A DNA stretch of 63,955 bases, filler included, from Octopus bimaculoides (GCF_001194135.2; 6 parts of 6 records of this genome joined end to end with filler, not necessarily neighbours in it), one strand, 5' to 3'; positions 23,501-37,729 are shown, counted from the whole stretch's first letter. Made by a program: numbers and translations. The notes: a model not told the origin generated them from the sequence alone.

Positions 23501-23943
23501 AACCCAATCCTCCGTTTCTAAAGATTTAACTGAGTGCATTTGTGCAGTTTCTATATCTTTTAGTCGTACTTCGATAGTACCAAACTTCTTCCCTCTGGCT
23601 AGGTATGTAATATCCTACCAGATGGGTTTCAAGCACTTCTCAACTTTCTCTTTGCTCACTCGATCAATTTTTTTTCCTTTTAGACAGTAAGATTTAGAAA
23701 TAATTGTTTTTCTAAGTTTAACAGTTCTTCTGGGGGTTGAACTTTCACAACACCGTCTTCAATTGTTATCATATCTTTGTACTTTATCAGGTCATTTTTG
23801 TTTGTCGACAGCTGGCGTGTTCCACCTCCAGCCGCCGACGGAAAACTTCTTTTTTGTCTATTTTCTTCTGTTTGAAGGCTTTTCACGTCAATATTCCTCT
23901 TTGCAACCGTACACATTGATGGTTGGGAAAATTCACTTTCAGA
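20580..23943 (-). mobile_element. Tx1/L1-like LINE: ORF1 N-terminus fused to APE C-terminus, linker, RT, C-terminal CCHC, 3' UTR
   Basis: SYSDHKMV..GYWKLN, GKSPGLDGLP, DQSKAFDRD, RQGCPLSP, TAYADD, CPRCGGDRETIPHATVQC; multiple frameshifts; 5' end runs into an N-gap. Confidence 0.9.
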
Positions 23944-24473
23944 NNNNNNNNNNNNNNNNNNNNNNNNNNNNNNNNNNNNNNNNNNNNNNNNNNNNNNNNN
24001 NNNNNNNNNNNNNNNNNNNNNNNNNNNNNNNNNNNNNNNNNNNNNNNNNNNNNNNNNNNNNNNNNNNNNNNNNNNNNNNNNNNNNNNNNNNNNNNNNNNN
24101 NNNNNNNNNNNNNNNNNNNNNNNNNNNNNNNNNNNNNNNNNNNNNNNNNNNNNNNNNNNNNNNNNNNNNNNNNNNNNNNNNNNNNNNNNNNNNNNNNNNN
24201 NNNNNNNNNNNNNNNNNNNNNNNNNNNNNNNNNNNNNNNNNNNNNNNNNNNNNNNNNNNNNNNNNNNNNNNNNNNNNNNNNNNNNNNNNNNNNNNNNNNN
24301 NNNNNNNNNNNNNNNNNNNNNNNNNNNNNNNNNNNNNNNNNNNNNNNNNNNNNNNNNNNNNNGTCTTTTTCCTAGGAAGTAGGATATGATTTAATGAATA
24401 TTTTGTCACAATAACTTGCAGTTTGAGTGACTATTTAGGAGTTTCCTAGTTCGATTCCGGCTGGTTTTAAATA

Positions 24474-24709
24474 CAGGGTAGCTCAAAAGTAGGTTCACAG
24501 TTATTCATCTATCTCTTTCGCATTCATATATTAACAGTTTAGATCTTAATTATAAAAGAAATATGAAACCATTATTCTATGCTAATTTAGTTAATTTTGT
24601 CAAGCTCCCTTTTCAGTTTATAAGATAGAAATTTAAATATAATAAAATGTTTTAAAAGAAATTTAAAGTGCCTACGTGATAACTGTATACCTACTTTTGG
24701 GCCACCCTG
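24474..24709. mobile_element. Tc1-like MITE
   Basis: TIRs CAGGGTAGCTCAAAAGTAGG..CAGTTAT / ATAACTG..CCTACTTTTGGGCCACCCTG; TA on both sides. Confidence 0.85.
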
Positions 24710-24844
24710 TATATAACTTACAATGAATGATATAATACTGAAACTAATTTAGTCCGGGTCTTTACTGATTCAGCAATTCTAGTTTGTTTGTTTGTTTGTT
24801 TGTTTGTTTGTTTGTTTTGTCTTTTAGTTGATTTAGTTATAGCA

Positions 24845-25130
24845 CTGCAGTTATGCTGCGTGCCACCTTGAAGAGTTTTGTCGACCAATTTGATCGAAGT
24901 ACATAAAAAAAAAATTTAACACTTGTTTTATCGAATCCTCTTTCCCAACCGCTAGATACTGGGACATGCACAAACCATATCTGTTGTCAAGCGGTAGGAC
25001 GAGGCACAGTCACACACACACACATACGACGGGCTTCCACACAGTTTCTATGTAACAAATCCACTCACAAAGGAATTGGTCGGCCCTAGGCTACTGTTGA
25101 AAACAAATGCTCAAGATGGTGCGCAGTAGA
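24845..25130 (-). mobile_element. SINE family C (body with CA tract), truncated by gap
   Basis: CGACGGGCTTCCACACAGTTTC..CAAATCCACTCACAA shared with 37730, 31160 and 62975. Confidence 0.7.
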
Positions 25131-25230
25131 NNNNNNNNNNNNNNNNNNNNNNNNNNNNNNNNNNNNNNNNNNNNTTAATTAATTAANNNNNNNNNNNNNN
25201 NNNNNNNNNNNNNNNNNNNNNNNNNNNNNN
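25131..25230. other. Artificial 100-bp scaffold spacer N44-TTAATTAATTAA-N44 (also 44355-44454, 46656-46755, 54266-54365, 61564-61663)
   Basis: Five identical 44+12+44 layouts; the 12-mer gives stops in all six frames. Confidence 0.95.
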
Positions 25231-25275
<45 letters not shown>

Positions 25276-25733
25276 CATTCTTTTTATCAATATTGGAAAT
25301 GAGTTTTTTTTTATATATGAACATAGGATCATTACCATATACTTCATTTACATCATACATACCATACACTAAGCACACATATATTCGGATTATATATATA
25401 TATATATAGGCACATACACAGCGTTATAAACTCTCAGTACAAGATATACACATATCCACACACCTTATATCTATGTGTATACAATTATATAGTTAATAAC
25501 ACTGCATACATTATATTCACACAAAGTTGCACAGTATAAGTTAAAGTTGTGTGTTTATACATATATGTGAGTGTACATACATACTCAGAATATAGCATAT
25601 GTACACAAAAGGTATGCTTTACGCAAAGTATGTTCTCCAAACATACTTACAGATTATATAGACACAAACATTATATAGACAAACAATTATATACACACAC
25701 AGTGTACATTAAATACGTGAGCAGCCATACACA

Positions 25734-25793
<60 letters not shown>

Positions 25794-28700
25794 GCTTACA
25801 CATAGGTAAATGTGTATGTATTAATGAATGAATGTAGATGTATACACAGAGAAGGGGACAAGGGACCAAAAGGAAAGGAAACGTAAAAATTGTGGTGAAC
25901 TAAGAATAAGGAAACAACCTGTTCAGAGATTGAAGACATCTTGGAGATATGGTCTCTTTTCTCTGGAATTATCGGTGTAATAGTAAGCATGTCTCAAAGA
26001 CTGCGGATCCGACTGGTGTGTGAATCCAAGTGTGATGGGACAATTTACATTAAATGAAGTTTCAGTGAAACGAGTGATAAGGATGGACAGAGAGGAAGGG
26101 AGAGACAGTAATTTAGCAATGTTGTAGTAACAACAACAGCAGTAGCAGCAAGTGGCTGACATAAATGTATGTGTGTGTGTGTATGATGAAGCATGACATC
26201 ATTGTTACTACTACAGGCTGTTGTTTTTAATATTGTAGTTTACAGATACAAACATTCTGCTACCACATACGACAGATTATTACTGTCATCATTATTCATC
26301 ATTATTATTTATTACTAAAAGCATACGGAAGGCGCTCCTTAAAGTTAACAATCTGTCAATTCCCAGATATCAGATCGTCTTAGACACTCTGGCAGAATTT
26401 CTCATTGAAACCATTTCTAAAACCTTTTAATTACAGGGTTTGTTTGTTTTGTGTGTGACTCAGTGTGAATAAATGAAAGAGTAATCACAAAATAATAATA
26501 ATAATAATTAAAATATGATAAAGTGGTTTAGTTTAGACTTAAATATGACATTCGTCCAAATACAACTCCGATCCAGAAAAGGAATAAGCAGAAGATATTT
26601 CTATTATTAAACATACACAATGAAGAATATAACACTTCCTACAGTTAATCTGTATTTGTGATGGTTCTAAAACAAATATTTAGCAACATATATTGTCTGG
26701 TGGCCATCACTTCTCTCGGATCCGACTCCTTTGAAACAACTGACAACAACATGAAGATGAACAATACGGGACGATAATCTCGGATATTTTTGCATGAATA
26801 TATAAACAATTAGAGTAAGTATTAATGAAGTAAACTATCAGATGGCATTCCTATTAAGAACATGTTGAATATCTGGTGGTCATTTCAAGACTAACATCAC
26901 ACGTATGGAGAATACGGAGAAATTATCGAACCAATAAAGAGTATATGGTCGACTGACCTGCAAAAAAATAGCAGCTAATTCTCCTTCAAATTACACTCAT
27001 CGTCTTAAATATATATTTAAAAAAGGATAGATTAGATAATATAGTCCTGTCCCTGAAAGGACAGAATGGTTACGACTGGAATTCCATTGATCACAGGCCT
27101 GCTCGATCAGGGTTGACCTGAGGGCTATAGAGTAACAACAGATAAATCTAGATTATAGATAGTTTTGAAGGAAAAAAAATTCCTGAAGATTAGTTTAAAT
27201 TCCTTATATTGCTCTTCCTTTGAAATAAAATTTTAAAAAACTAGAACTGCGACAAATTATTGTTAACGATTATTGCCTTCTATTTAGAAGCATATTAATA
27301 TATTCTGAAATCAGTAATGCAAGGCCTGGTATAAACAGTGAAAAAAATTGTTGAATGAAGCAAATAACTGGATAATGGTTAAGTGGATGCAATAAAGAAA
27401 AGGCTGTGTACAAGGGAGAAGAAGTAATGTAGAAATTGTGAGGACGAACCTTTAAGGGTTTGTAATCGAAGTTGCTAGTTTGTAGTGTGCTTTTAGAAAA
27501 GCGTTAGACGATGATAGGGTGGCAACGATGGTAATCATCCATTGTCGGGTGGCTATTGCTGATAACAGTTATCTGCCCCTGAATACTACATCATTACTAC
27601 TCAGACACTCGTACGCATTCACAAATGGTATATAATTCTATATATGTATACATACAGTAAAACAAAATACGCCAACAGTATATATATATATACATATACA
27701 CACACACTCATATTTATATATCTATTGATACACTGTTTGATAGTTATAGTGGTGAGAGAGAGGGGGAGAGTTTTATATATATATATGTGTGTGTAGCTCT
27801 ATGTTTATATTTATTATCTAACTGAAAATGAAATTTTGTTGAAAGGATGGGAAATCGAAAATGAAGAAACAGGAGAAAAAAAGGAAATTAGATAAGGAAG
27901 AGACAGTGATACAAAGCTAGAAAAAAAGGTGTCAACAACAGTAGGGGCGACATTGAAAAGGAGGAGGAACGAATGGGAGAGGAATAGATATCAAAACGTG
28001 AGAGAGAACTAGAAATTCAAGACGATAATGTAGAGAGAAGGTGGAGGGAAAGAAAAAAAAACGAAGGTTGACGAGGAAATGCTACTTAGAGCTGAATGTT
28101 TATCAAAAGAGTAGTCGGTTGTATAATGTCGTGTTAATACGGTCTTTTGTATTTATTTATAGATCACAATATGTTTAGAGACGGAGCTTCCCGAACAAAC
28201 TAGTGCTTCATTACGGACATATATTATATTATGACGCACTCTTTTCTCTGCAATACACCATATGTGTACCATGTCCTTGCCTTATAACAAACACGTTGAT
28301 AGACAGCAACAGTTACACCTGAGAGATTTTAACGCAGATGAACATGACCTATTCATTTAATAACGGGGTTGTTTATGCTTGAAAGGCTCTTGGATTTACC
28401 CTAATATCCATACTGTTGTTTGGTTCCTTGACTCAAGTAACACTTGCGGCATTGAAAAATATTGTAATTTGTTGATTACAAAAGACTCACTGGGTTACTG
28501 GTTTCTTATATAGGACAAGAGATCTTAGATGAATTAGATAAGAGAAAAAGCACGTTTTGTGTTCATGCTTTTCTCAATGATATTACTTGTGTAAACAAAG
28601 TGAAATTGTCCAAACCTAGGATCGACATTAGGTCGCTGAGCTTTTGTAAATCACTTCGAGCATACACTCTGACCACTAATGGTCGATGTATGAGACAATA

Positions 28701-29499
28701 TTGTTTTGTTCGTTATATTCAGTTTCATTTAAAACTTTTAACTGCCCACTCATATAATGCTAGATTTTATTTTTAATGTTTTTTGTAGCAAAGCCAAGAG
28801 AAAAGGAATGGGGTTGTTGTAATATACATTTCCCTAAGCATTAAACAGCGTAATTGAAACGAAATGTCTTCACACTGTTTCTGAACTAAGTTCTCCGAAA
28901 ATAGTTGCAAAATTATTATCAAACTTTCCTTTGTTCCCTTTCTTTACTATTTAAATCAGGGGTTCTCAACTGTTTTTTTTTGTTGTTGTTTTTTTATCTA
29001 TGGACCCCTTTGATTACTATTTTTATTCTGGTGGACCCCCATAGCCATTTGATGTTTAAAAACTACATTTATAAAAGCTTCTTTCAAAATTCCTATTTTG
29101 TTATTCACTCAATAACTTGTGTATATTGAAGTATGTAAAAAGTTAGAGAAAGAAACCTAGCTATTTCTTGTAATACATACATGAAAAGCAAAAGTTTTTC
29201 ATGGCCCTTAAAATACTATTCTGGATATCTAATCTACTATTGTTGCGTGGACCCCCAAAAATCTTGGTCATGTTTACATCTCTCTAGATTTGTGGAGTTT
29301 TTTTTAATGTCCCTGATGTCTACTTTCAAATAGTCTGTAATTTTACACATAAGATAACTCAATGTGTTGCACTGAGTTTTTCTTCCACTTGCATAGTTCC
29401 ATGTAGATCCAAGACAGCAGTGGGGATGAGCAAGTAGTAAAAATCTGCATAAGTACACGTAAGGTATATTAACTGTAGACGATACGTAATCCAACGTCT

Positions 29500-30760
29500 A
29501 TACCTTTCGCCATCCATTTAATAAACAATAACTTATTTATCTAAGTTTTAACATCATCTCCTTCAAAATACTCACCTAGTGCAGCAACACAGCAGTCCCA
29601 GCATTCCTGCCACTTTTAGAATCTGGCCTGGAAATTGTTTTCTGTGAGTCAAGGACCTTTTGCAATTCACTCTGGATCTTGACAACAGAGCTAAAACAGC
29701 GACATTTGAGCTGCATTTTTATCTTGGAGAAGAAATGGTAGTCCACAGGTGCTAAATCTGGTGAATAGGGTGGGTGCAGAAGCAATACCATGTTGTTTTT
29801 GGCAAGGAATTCACGAGTGAGGAGAGCTTGGTGACAGGGTGCATTGTTGTCCTGAAGAATCCAATTCTTTGCACTCCACAAATCTGGTCGCTTTCACCAA
29901 ATGTCCTCCTTCAAATGTTTCAAAACACCACAGTAGAACTCGTGATTAACAGTTTGGCTCTGGGGGACAAATTCTCAATACACAATACTACAGATGTGAA
30001 AAAAAAAAATGATAAGCACGACCTTCCATTGAGCTGCAGCTCTCTCGTACCTTCTTTGGTCATGGAGATGAAGGCCTTTTCCATTGTAACAGCTGCTGCT
30101 TCATCTCAGGGTCATACTCATAGACCCAACTCTCATCACTGGTGATGATCCTTGACGTGAAGGATGGGTCATCAGCAGCATGCTGACGGAGATCTTGACA
30201 TGTTCTTTCTGCTTAGTGGTCAGCAGGTGGAGGACAAACTTGGCAGAGACATGCTGCATGTTTAATTCAGACATTAGGATTGCCTGCACAGATCAACAAC
30301 ATCAGCAATGTTGTTGATTGACCTCCAACGATCCTCATGCACAAGCTGGTGAATTTTCTCCACACTTATGAGGACCACGCTCATGGCAGGTCTTCTAGAT
30401 TGCTCATTGTCTTCCAGGAAAATTCTTCTGCTTTTGAAGCACATGTGCCACTTAAAATATTGTGTACAACCCATGCCATCATGAAGAAGGGACATTAAAA
30501 GATGTTGATGATGATGCTGATGTTTGTTTACAATCATCACTTAATGGTCAAGACAAACTCACACACACACACAATAGGTTTCTTTCATTGTCTCATCATC
30601 ATAAGTTTGCTCAATGTCTTTGTAGCAGACTTTCCAAATTTATTGCAAAATTTTGTGTTGGCTCTTTGTTCTTGTCCATGACAAAATCACATACTACAGC
30701 ATACACATGATCACAAAAACACAAATTTCACAACTTATGAAGTAAACACAGCAGTATCAC
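29500..30760 (-). mobile_element. Old CpG-depleted mariner remnant
   Basis: QRANTKFC.KFGKSA, HVSAKFVLHLLT, WILQDNNAPCH, HPPYSPDLAPVD; interrupted at 30467-30587. Confidence 0.85.
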
Positions 30761-33592
30761 TGGACACACTGCCATCTGTTGGCATGCTACAGTACTAGTT
30801 TGGAAACTTGGGATACTACTTGTTCCTGCTATTTATGATCTGAATTCAAATTCCAATGAGATTAATTTTACATTCAGCCTTTCAGAGTCAATCAAATAAA
30901 AGTACCAGTCAGGTACTGTGTTTCCCAAGCTTCTTCAAACAAGAGACTTTGGCTGACAATCCTGAATGTATATTCTTAGTGCTGTTTATACTTTGAGGGA
31001 GTATGAGGATAATAAAACTCAATTTCTGCAAGTATTTCTGTGAGGATCAGTAATTTCAGATATTATTTGCTTTGTAAGAAATGTGTCTGACAAAAGCTGA
31101 GGGAAGAAGTATACTGATTTTTTAATTTTTATTCTGTGCTGATCTATTAAATAAAATAACCTACTACTCCAGTAACGCCCCGGGCCAACCAAAGCCTTGA
31201 GAGTGGATTTGGTAAAAGGAAACTGAAAGAAACCTATTTTGTGTGTGTGTGTGAGTTTGTCTTGACCATTAAGTGATGATTGTAAACAAACATCATCATC
31301 ATCATCAACATCTTTTAATGTCCCTTCTTCATGATTGCATGGGTTGGACTGTTTGACATGTGTTGGCTAGCTTGAGGGCTGCCTGGGCTCCATTTGTCTG
31401 TTTTGGCATGGTTTCTATGGCTGGATGCCCTTCCTAATACCAACCACTTTACAAAGTGCAATTGGTGCTTTTATCTGGTACTGGCACAGGTGCTTTTACA
31501 TGGCACCAGTACTCATGAGCTCACAAGATTAGGATTTCTTGGCTGAGGGAGGTATGTTGAGGATATGCTTGTATGCATGGACTGACCTTCGTTTCCAGTC
31601 TTCCATAAAAAGACATATCTAGCAAAGGGAAAAAATTACCTTGCAGCAAATTCAATCTGATCAATACAAGCACAGAAAAGTTGTCAAAATTATGATGAGC
31701 CAATATTGTAGAACTGCTCATACATTAGTATGCCATACATATTCACTATTCCACAGACAAGCATTTAAAAATAACTGATTACTTAATTACTAAAAACACA
31801 TTTACTGATAATGTTCAAGAACTGGTCTTCAGTACTGTTTGTGTTTTTAATGACTTAGAGGAAGGTGAGCAACACCTGTGACTGGTAGAGGAAAAGAGGG
31901 AGTTACTTCCACCAGCAACTTTGATTAAATGCCTGCAACAAAGTGAACTCTGCCAAAGGCGCCAGAGACAAAATGAGGGTGTTAAACTGAGTGACAGGAT
32001 AAAGTCTACAAGCAAGGAGAAGAACAATCCATCCAATAAACTTCCATATAGTTTTCATCTATGAAATTTTTTTCATAAAAGTTCATGGCAAAATCGAATC
32101 AAAATTTAAGTTGGTTAATTTGTTATGAAAAATTCAATATTTTGGACACTTTAAAGTCAATGCCAGTTTTGAAAAATAGAGATGCAAAGAGGAGGGGAGA
32201 GCAAAAATAACTGTTTATAGTAGAAAATGATGAGCAGAATGGTGTGGGAGGAAAAAGCAAAGAGAAGGGGTAGTGAAAATTTGTAGGGTACCAAATCAGT
32301 TGAAAGCTTGGTCAGGTGGCATTCACTAAGGCTATGGTAGAGGATACTTGCCAAGGTGCTGTGCAGTGAGAATAGACCAAAAGCCACATAGTTGCAAAGT
32401 GAACTTCTTAACCACATGACCAACTATAATTTGTTCTGTCTGCCATGACTGCAACAATCTCTACTTTAAATAAAGAGAGTTTGGAGAAGATCCAAATAAG
32501 TTTAATCGCCATGAAGAGTAGGAAGTTTAATATTTCAAGCTTTGCCCTTCAACCACATGAAGAATAAGATTAAGGAATTATATATTATCAATCATGCTAA
32601 CAACTCATTTATCTCTTCTATTCTTTGGTGAAGATCAAGATTTGTATACATTAGATTTTCAACTCTCCATGCAATGAACTCTTTGCTTTGTTGTTGCTAA
32701 TACAAGCCCTTGTCAGTTTCCAAGGAATCTAGAATTTATTCTGCTCTACTAAAGTTACTGTCTGCTCCACCCCCACTCTCTCTAAGTGCCATATCAAGAG
32801 ACATTAGCAATCATGGACCTTCCTGCCAAAGTTTGAAAATTCAGGATTTGTTTTTCCTTGAATCATAATTCATGAGTAGGGAACATGTAGATGTAGCAGT
32901 GTTTTTTTCCATTGCTTTCTGCTGGTTTCTTTATAGTTTACTCTACAAGTCTCCTGCTCTCCCAAGTTTATCATCAAAGTGTAGGGCCTAATTTTAACCA
33001 TTTTTTAGGAGTCTGGTTCACATAACATCCGGACATTCCACACATACATCAGTGAGCCTGTGTGATTCATATCTAGGAGCTTGTCTTCTCTAAGTCTTGT
33101 ATGCCTTAGCCACAGGATCATGTGTTATTTGTCCCATAACTAGGGCCCTTGACAATACAACTATCCTGAACCAGAGCAGTCCTGGGAGTAATAGTGACTA
33201 AAGAATAACTCCATGCTCCCCAAAACTTCTGAACTCCCAGCTTGGAGCCTCATCACCAGATGCAGTCTAATATTTTACCCAGGACAGATTGTACACTTTA
33301 TTACAATAATTTTTTTTTAAATAGATAAAATATATAAGTATGTTTACATTAAATGATTGTATTCTGCATTAACTTAAATACATTTATTATATATTTAATA
33401 CTTAAAAATTTTTTTTTTTATTGCCGTCTATATTGGTTTGAGGTACCAATATCCTAATTACTGGTTCACTGTGTTTCTGATGGTGAAAATAATAAAGGAG
33501 TGTTTGCAGAACAAATATTACAAAAGAGTGCTGAAAGAACAATAGTTTTTCTATTTTCTCAGATGTATATCAAGATTTACACATCCACTCAC

Positions 33593-33703
33593 TCATAAAT
33601 ACAGGCATTCAGTGGATATCTATACAGTTTTAACAAATTCCATTGAAAGCATATTTGGTCAGCAACACTTGATGTACCATGTAGTGCAATTAAACAGCCA
33701 TTC
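33593..33703 (-). CDS. Candidate symmetric (phase 2-2) exon, NGCLIALHGTSSVADQICFQWNLLKLYRYPLNACIY
   Basis: TTTAGTTGCAG acceptor, TGA|GTGAGT donor, 111 nt, single open frame, inside the CpG-depleted block; product not recognised. Confidence 0.4.
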
Positions 33704-35069
33704 CTGCAACTAAACATTCAATAAAGTACCATGACAATTTATCAAAACTGCTGTATAGTGAACTTTTTCATTGGACCACTTTCTTTTATTTTTATGGAAG
33801 TGAATTTCATAGAATAATTTTATAAAAATATTATTTGGCAAAATAATTATGACTATTGAACACATTAAATATACAATAATTTTTAATATAAAATGAGCAA
33901 CAGATTTCAGATATTTTTTAATATACTATAGTGTTAGTGCTATGGGAAAAGCACCCAGTACACTCTTTGAATCAGTTGATATTAAGAATGGCATCCAACT
34001 GTAGAAACCATACCAAAGCAGACATTGGAGCTTGGCAGAGGCCTCTGGCTTATTCATGTCAAATGTCCAATCCATGCCAGCATGGAAAAGGGGACATTAC
34101 ATAATGACGATTTAATCTGAAAGCAAATTTTAAATATTGAATAATTTTTTATATAAATAATATTCTACAGATCACAACAGTTTTAATCCTTTTGATACCA
34201 AACCACCTAAGACTGCCTTTGATTCTATGTTTTAAAGTAATCTAAATTAAATCTATCAAAATTTCATGTTAATTTATGTTCTGCCTTAGTAAGGACAATG
34301 CTATTTTATTAGATATTCCATCATTTTCAAAATTAATTGAAACAAAGGTAGTGTATTTCAACAGAAATGTAATAACAAAAGAGTTAAATATGCAATAATC
34401 TTTAATATCAAATAAAAGTAGAGAATTTCCATTTGAAAATCTAATTAAAAAAACAAAAAAACATTCAGCCTACTTTAAATTTTGTGTAGGATATAGAGGT
34501 TAATGTACATAAATATGTGTGGTCCATATGTGTGGGTGAATGGGTCAGATTTGAAAAAGTGCATGAAATGTTTTATTCGTTAACTTTTAATGTAGAATAA
34601 TCACACCTTGATTGTTCTATACATCACAAAGCAAAAAAAAATTATTACTAATTTCAACCATTCAATGACCAAACTAGTTTTGATTGGTTGTCCTATAGTA
34701 AACTATTTTGCAAAATAATATATTTTTTAAAAATATCTAATCTGTTGCACTGATTTTATACTAAAAATTATTTTTTATTTAACATTATTCTACTGATTCA
34801 CTAAAAAATTATTTGATGAAAAGTTGTTTCAGTAAGAAGTTGGTATAATATAAAAAAAAAATGTCAGCAGATCAAATTCCATTTGATAAAAAGTCATGCC
34901 AAGACTCAATACACCCAACTCTCATACACCTGTTAACTCTATTGTATGTGTCTCACTTCCCGCATCTTGAATTAAACACTTGCCCTAGACTTCTTCCTAA
35001 GAATCGAAATCCATCCTTCTCTCACAAAAACTTCTTTTTTGTTCATATTTCACTTTAATCACTAAAGTA

Positions 35070-35430
35070 CAGGATGCTGAACTTTTTGGATCAGATGACA
35101 AAGGACCAAGATACTTGGCACCTTGCTGCCCTCAAGAAGACCCATCCTTCACAGAAGTGTTAAGGCTGCAGCCCCTAGCGAAGAGGATTGGCCTGTAAGA
35201 GCCCTGTGCCAGTGCCATGTAAATTGCATTCATGCTGGTGTCATGGAGAAGTGTTCTTGCCAATGCCATGTTAAAAGCAACAAGCACATATGTAAAGTGG
35301 TTGGCATCTGGAATGGCATCTAGCTGTAGAAACCACATTAAACCAGTCTGGAACCTGTGCAGCTCTCTGGCTTGCCGTCTCTGGTCAAACCATGCCAGCA
35401 TGGAAAATGGACGTTAAAGGATGATGATGA
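35070..35430 (+). mobile_element. RTE-type LINE 3' end / RTE-tailed repeat
   Basis: Ends CCATGCCAGCATGGAAAATGGACGTTAAAG(GAT)n; same tail at 33950-34110 and in reverse at 31300-31500, 37490-37700, 39250-39480. Confidence 0.6.
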
Positions 35431-35599
35431 TGATCCCTGTGTCTTAGACTTATAGCCAGAGCTAAAATACTAGGAAACAAATACTCAATCAACTAAATTT
35501 TATGAAAGTAGATTTTGAGAGGAGAAAACAGAATAACTCAGACAATGTCCGGGACATTATTAGATGGTGGTTGATAACAAAAGGATGGTAGAATGTATA

Positions 35600-36150
35600 A
35601 GGGTCGGCTGAAAAGTTCATGGGTTACCAAGATACTCTCATGAAATGTGACCAAATGAGATTTATTTTGCAACATAGTACCGCTTGCAGTCCACATACAT
35701 CTTTCATTGGTGTTGCAGCGTTTGGATCCCATTAGTGAAGAAGATTTCTTCCTGTTGGTCAAACTAAATCATTAACAGCAGATATGACATCCTCATTATT
35801 GCAATACTGGTTCCCAGCCAAGTTTTTTTCCATGTTGGGGAATAGATGATTGTCAAATGGGGCTAAATCAGAATAGGGAGGAAACCAACTGGATCTGCCT
35901 GAAACAATGTCAGATTTTTGTGATGTGATCAGTCTAGTGCACTTTTGAACAGGCAGAAACCTTCATCGTGCCAAGTTTATTGTGTAGAATTTTCTCAGCA
36001 CTCTCATGGGATAAGCTAATAGTATTGGCTATTTGATTTATAATCAATCACTTGTCATTCATCAATATGCAGTGAACACAATGTTTTTCTCGGTGACATT
36101 TGCAAGACATCCAGACCCTGGGTCATCTTCAAGACTCTCCCTTCCCCTCC
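35600..36150 (-). mobile_element. Mariner 3' fragment
   Basis: TIR-like GGGTCGGCTGAAAAGTTC and decayed catalytic-domain end (DLAP-like ATTTAGCCCC on minus strand). Confidence 0.6.
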
Positions 36151-36394
36151 TAAATTTAGCTGCCCACTTTTGTACAGTACATCATCATGAACAGCATGTA
36201 ACTAAAGGCCCTCAAAGTTATTAGAAATGCTAGATCCTACATTCTATTTTGTGTTAACAATATCCTAGCCACTTTCCTGGGTTACAAAATAGTTCAGCTG
36301 TGAGAAAACAAAGATTAAGATGTACAATAGAATACAGTTGAATATATAGGATATTGCCATTGCTACAGACAAACATTGTAGACAACATCTAGAA

Positions 36395-36650
36395 CAGTGG
36401 CTCCCAAAGTGGACAGTGGAAAGATCCGGGGGGGGGGCATTGAAAAAAAGTAGGGCAATAATAGGGTAGCCAAAAGGATAAAAACAAACAAAATAATGGG
36501 TTAATTAGGTTAAGTTTTATTTGTGAAATACTGTTGTTTTGAATTTGCTGCAGAAATGGTCTATCTTTGTGGTGGTGAGTGGAGTGGGAGACTAGGAATG
36601 TAGCCTGGGTGCCAAGGGGGTGGTAGGCCAGAAAAGTTTGGGAACCACTG
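36395..36650. mobile_element. hAT (Charlie-like) MITE
   Basis: TIRs CAGTGGCTCCCAAA / TTTGGGAACCACTG; 8-bp TSD ATCTAGAA / AGCTAGAA (NTCTAGAN preference). Confidence 0.85.
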
Positions 36651-37729
36651 AGCTAGAAGATGGCCATCTGACTCACTAACCAACACACATCTGGAACTGG
36701 CACAAAAATGTACTATATCATCTTTATGCCTATTCTACTGTTAATACAATGGCTTTGGTTCCTCTAACCTAGCAACTTGTATGCCACCTCCATCCAATTC
36801 CATTATATGTATCATCTCTACTTTTTCTTTTTTTGAAGAAGAGTAATTATTGGATTGTTCTGGAGGAAGTGGCTGTGCTTAAGGCCTTCACAGACCATCT
36901 TCTCATCATCACCACTTCCAATACAGTACCAACTCTCTTCATTTTCCTTCTTGCCAATGTTTTTCTCATATATAACTTAGATTAAGCTACAATCTTGTTA
37001 AGTCTTTGAGGTTTTATGACACTGCCCCATTCTCTTGCCTAAACCAATTAAAAAGAAAAGCAAAAACATCTGTAACTCCCTCCTAATCCATACCTGAACC
37101 AGCTGAAATTGAAGTTAAACAACCACATTGATCATTCCAATTTGTTATATGTCTCTAGAATAAACAGCTCAGAATATAGCTGGGCTCCATATGAAAATGG
37201 TTTTGGTTTGATTTCCTGTGACATTTACATTTTCATCAAGGGTTTTATTGATATGAAGCAAAATGTCAGAGAATTGTAGTTACAGATTTCAGTTGTCAAG
37301 AACTTAGTATTTACTTTGCAGTACCTGACTACAAACATTTTAAATAATAGATATCTTGTTAAAATGAAAGCTAGAGGTTATATAGAGAAACAACAACAAT
37401 AACATCAGCTGTAAAATAGCATGTTTATGAATTAGAGAGCAAAATAACCTTCCTACACAATACAAATATCCAGAATTTTTCATTTCATTATCATCATTTT
37501 AATACCCCCTTTTCTATGCTTGAATGGGCTACATGAAATTTCTTGAGGTGGAGTTTCTATACCTGGATGCCCTTCTTGTTGCCAACTCTCACCTGTTTCT
37601 AAATAAGGTAATATTTCCCCCATGACCAAACAGGTCTTCCCAGAAGATTGAAAATGAAGAACACTGCCTTCATTATGGTGATGCTCATTTACAACTAATA
37701 TGCTATGTTGAGGTAAGAAGACAATAACA

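Noticed and set aside
28475-28780. ~100-codon stop-free plus-strand frame (GQEILDELDKRK...)
   Set aside because: No start codon near its beginning, no convincing donor, no recognisable motif.
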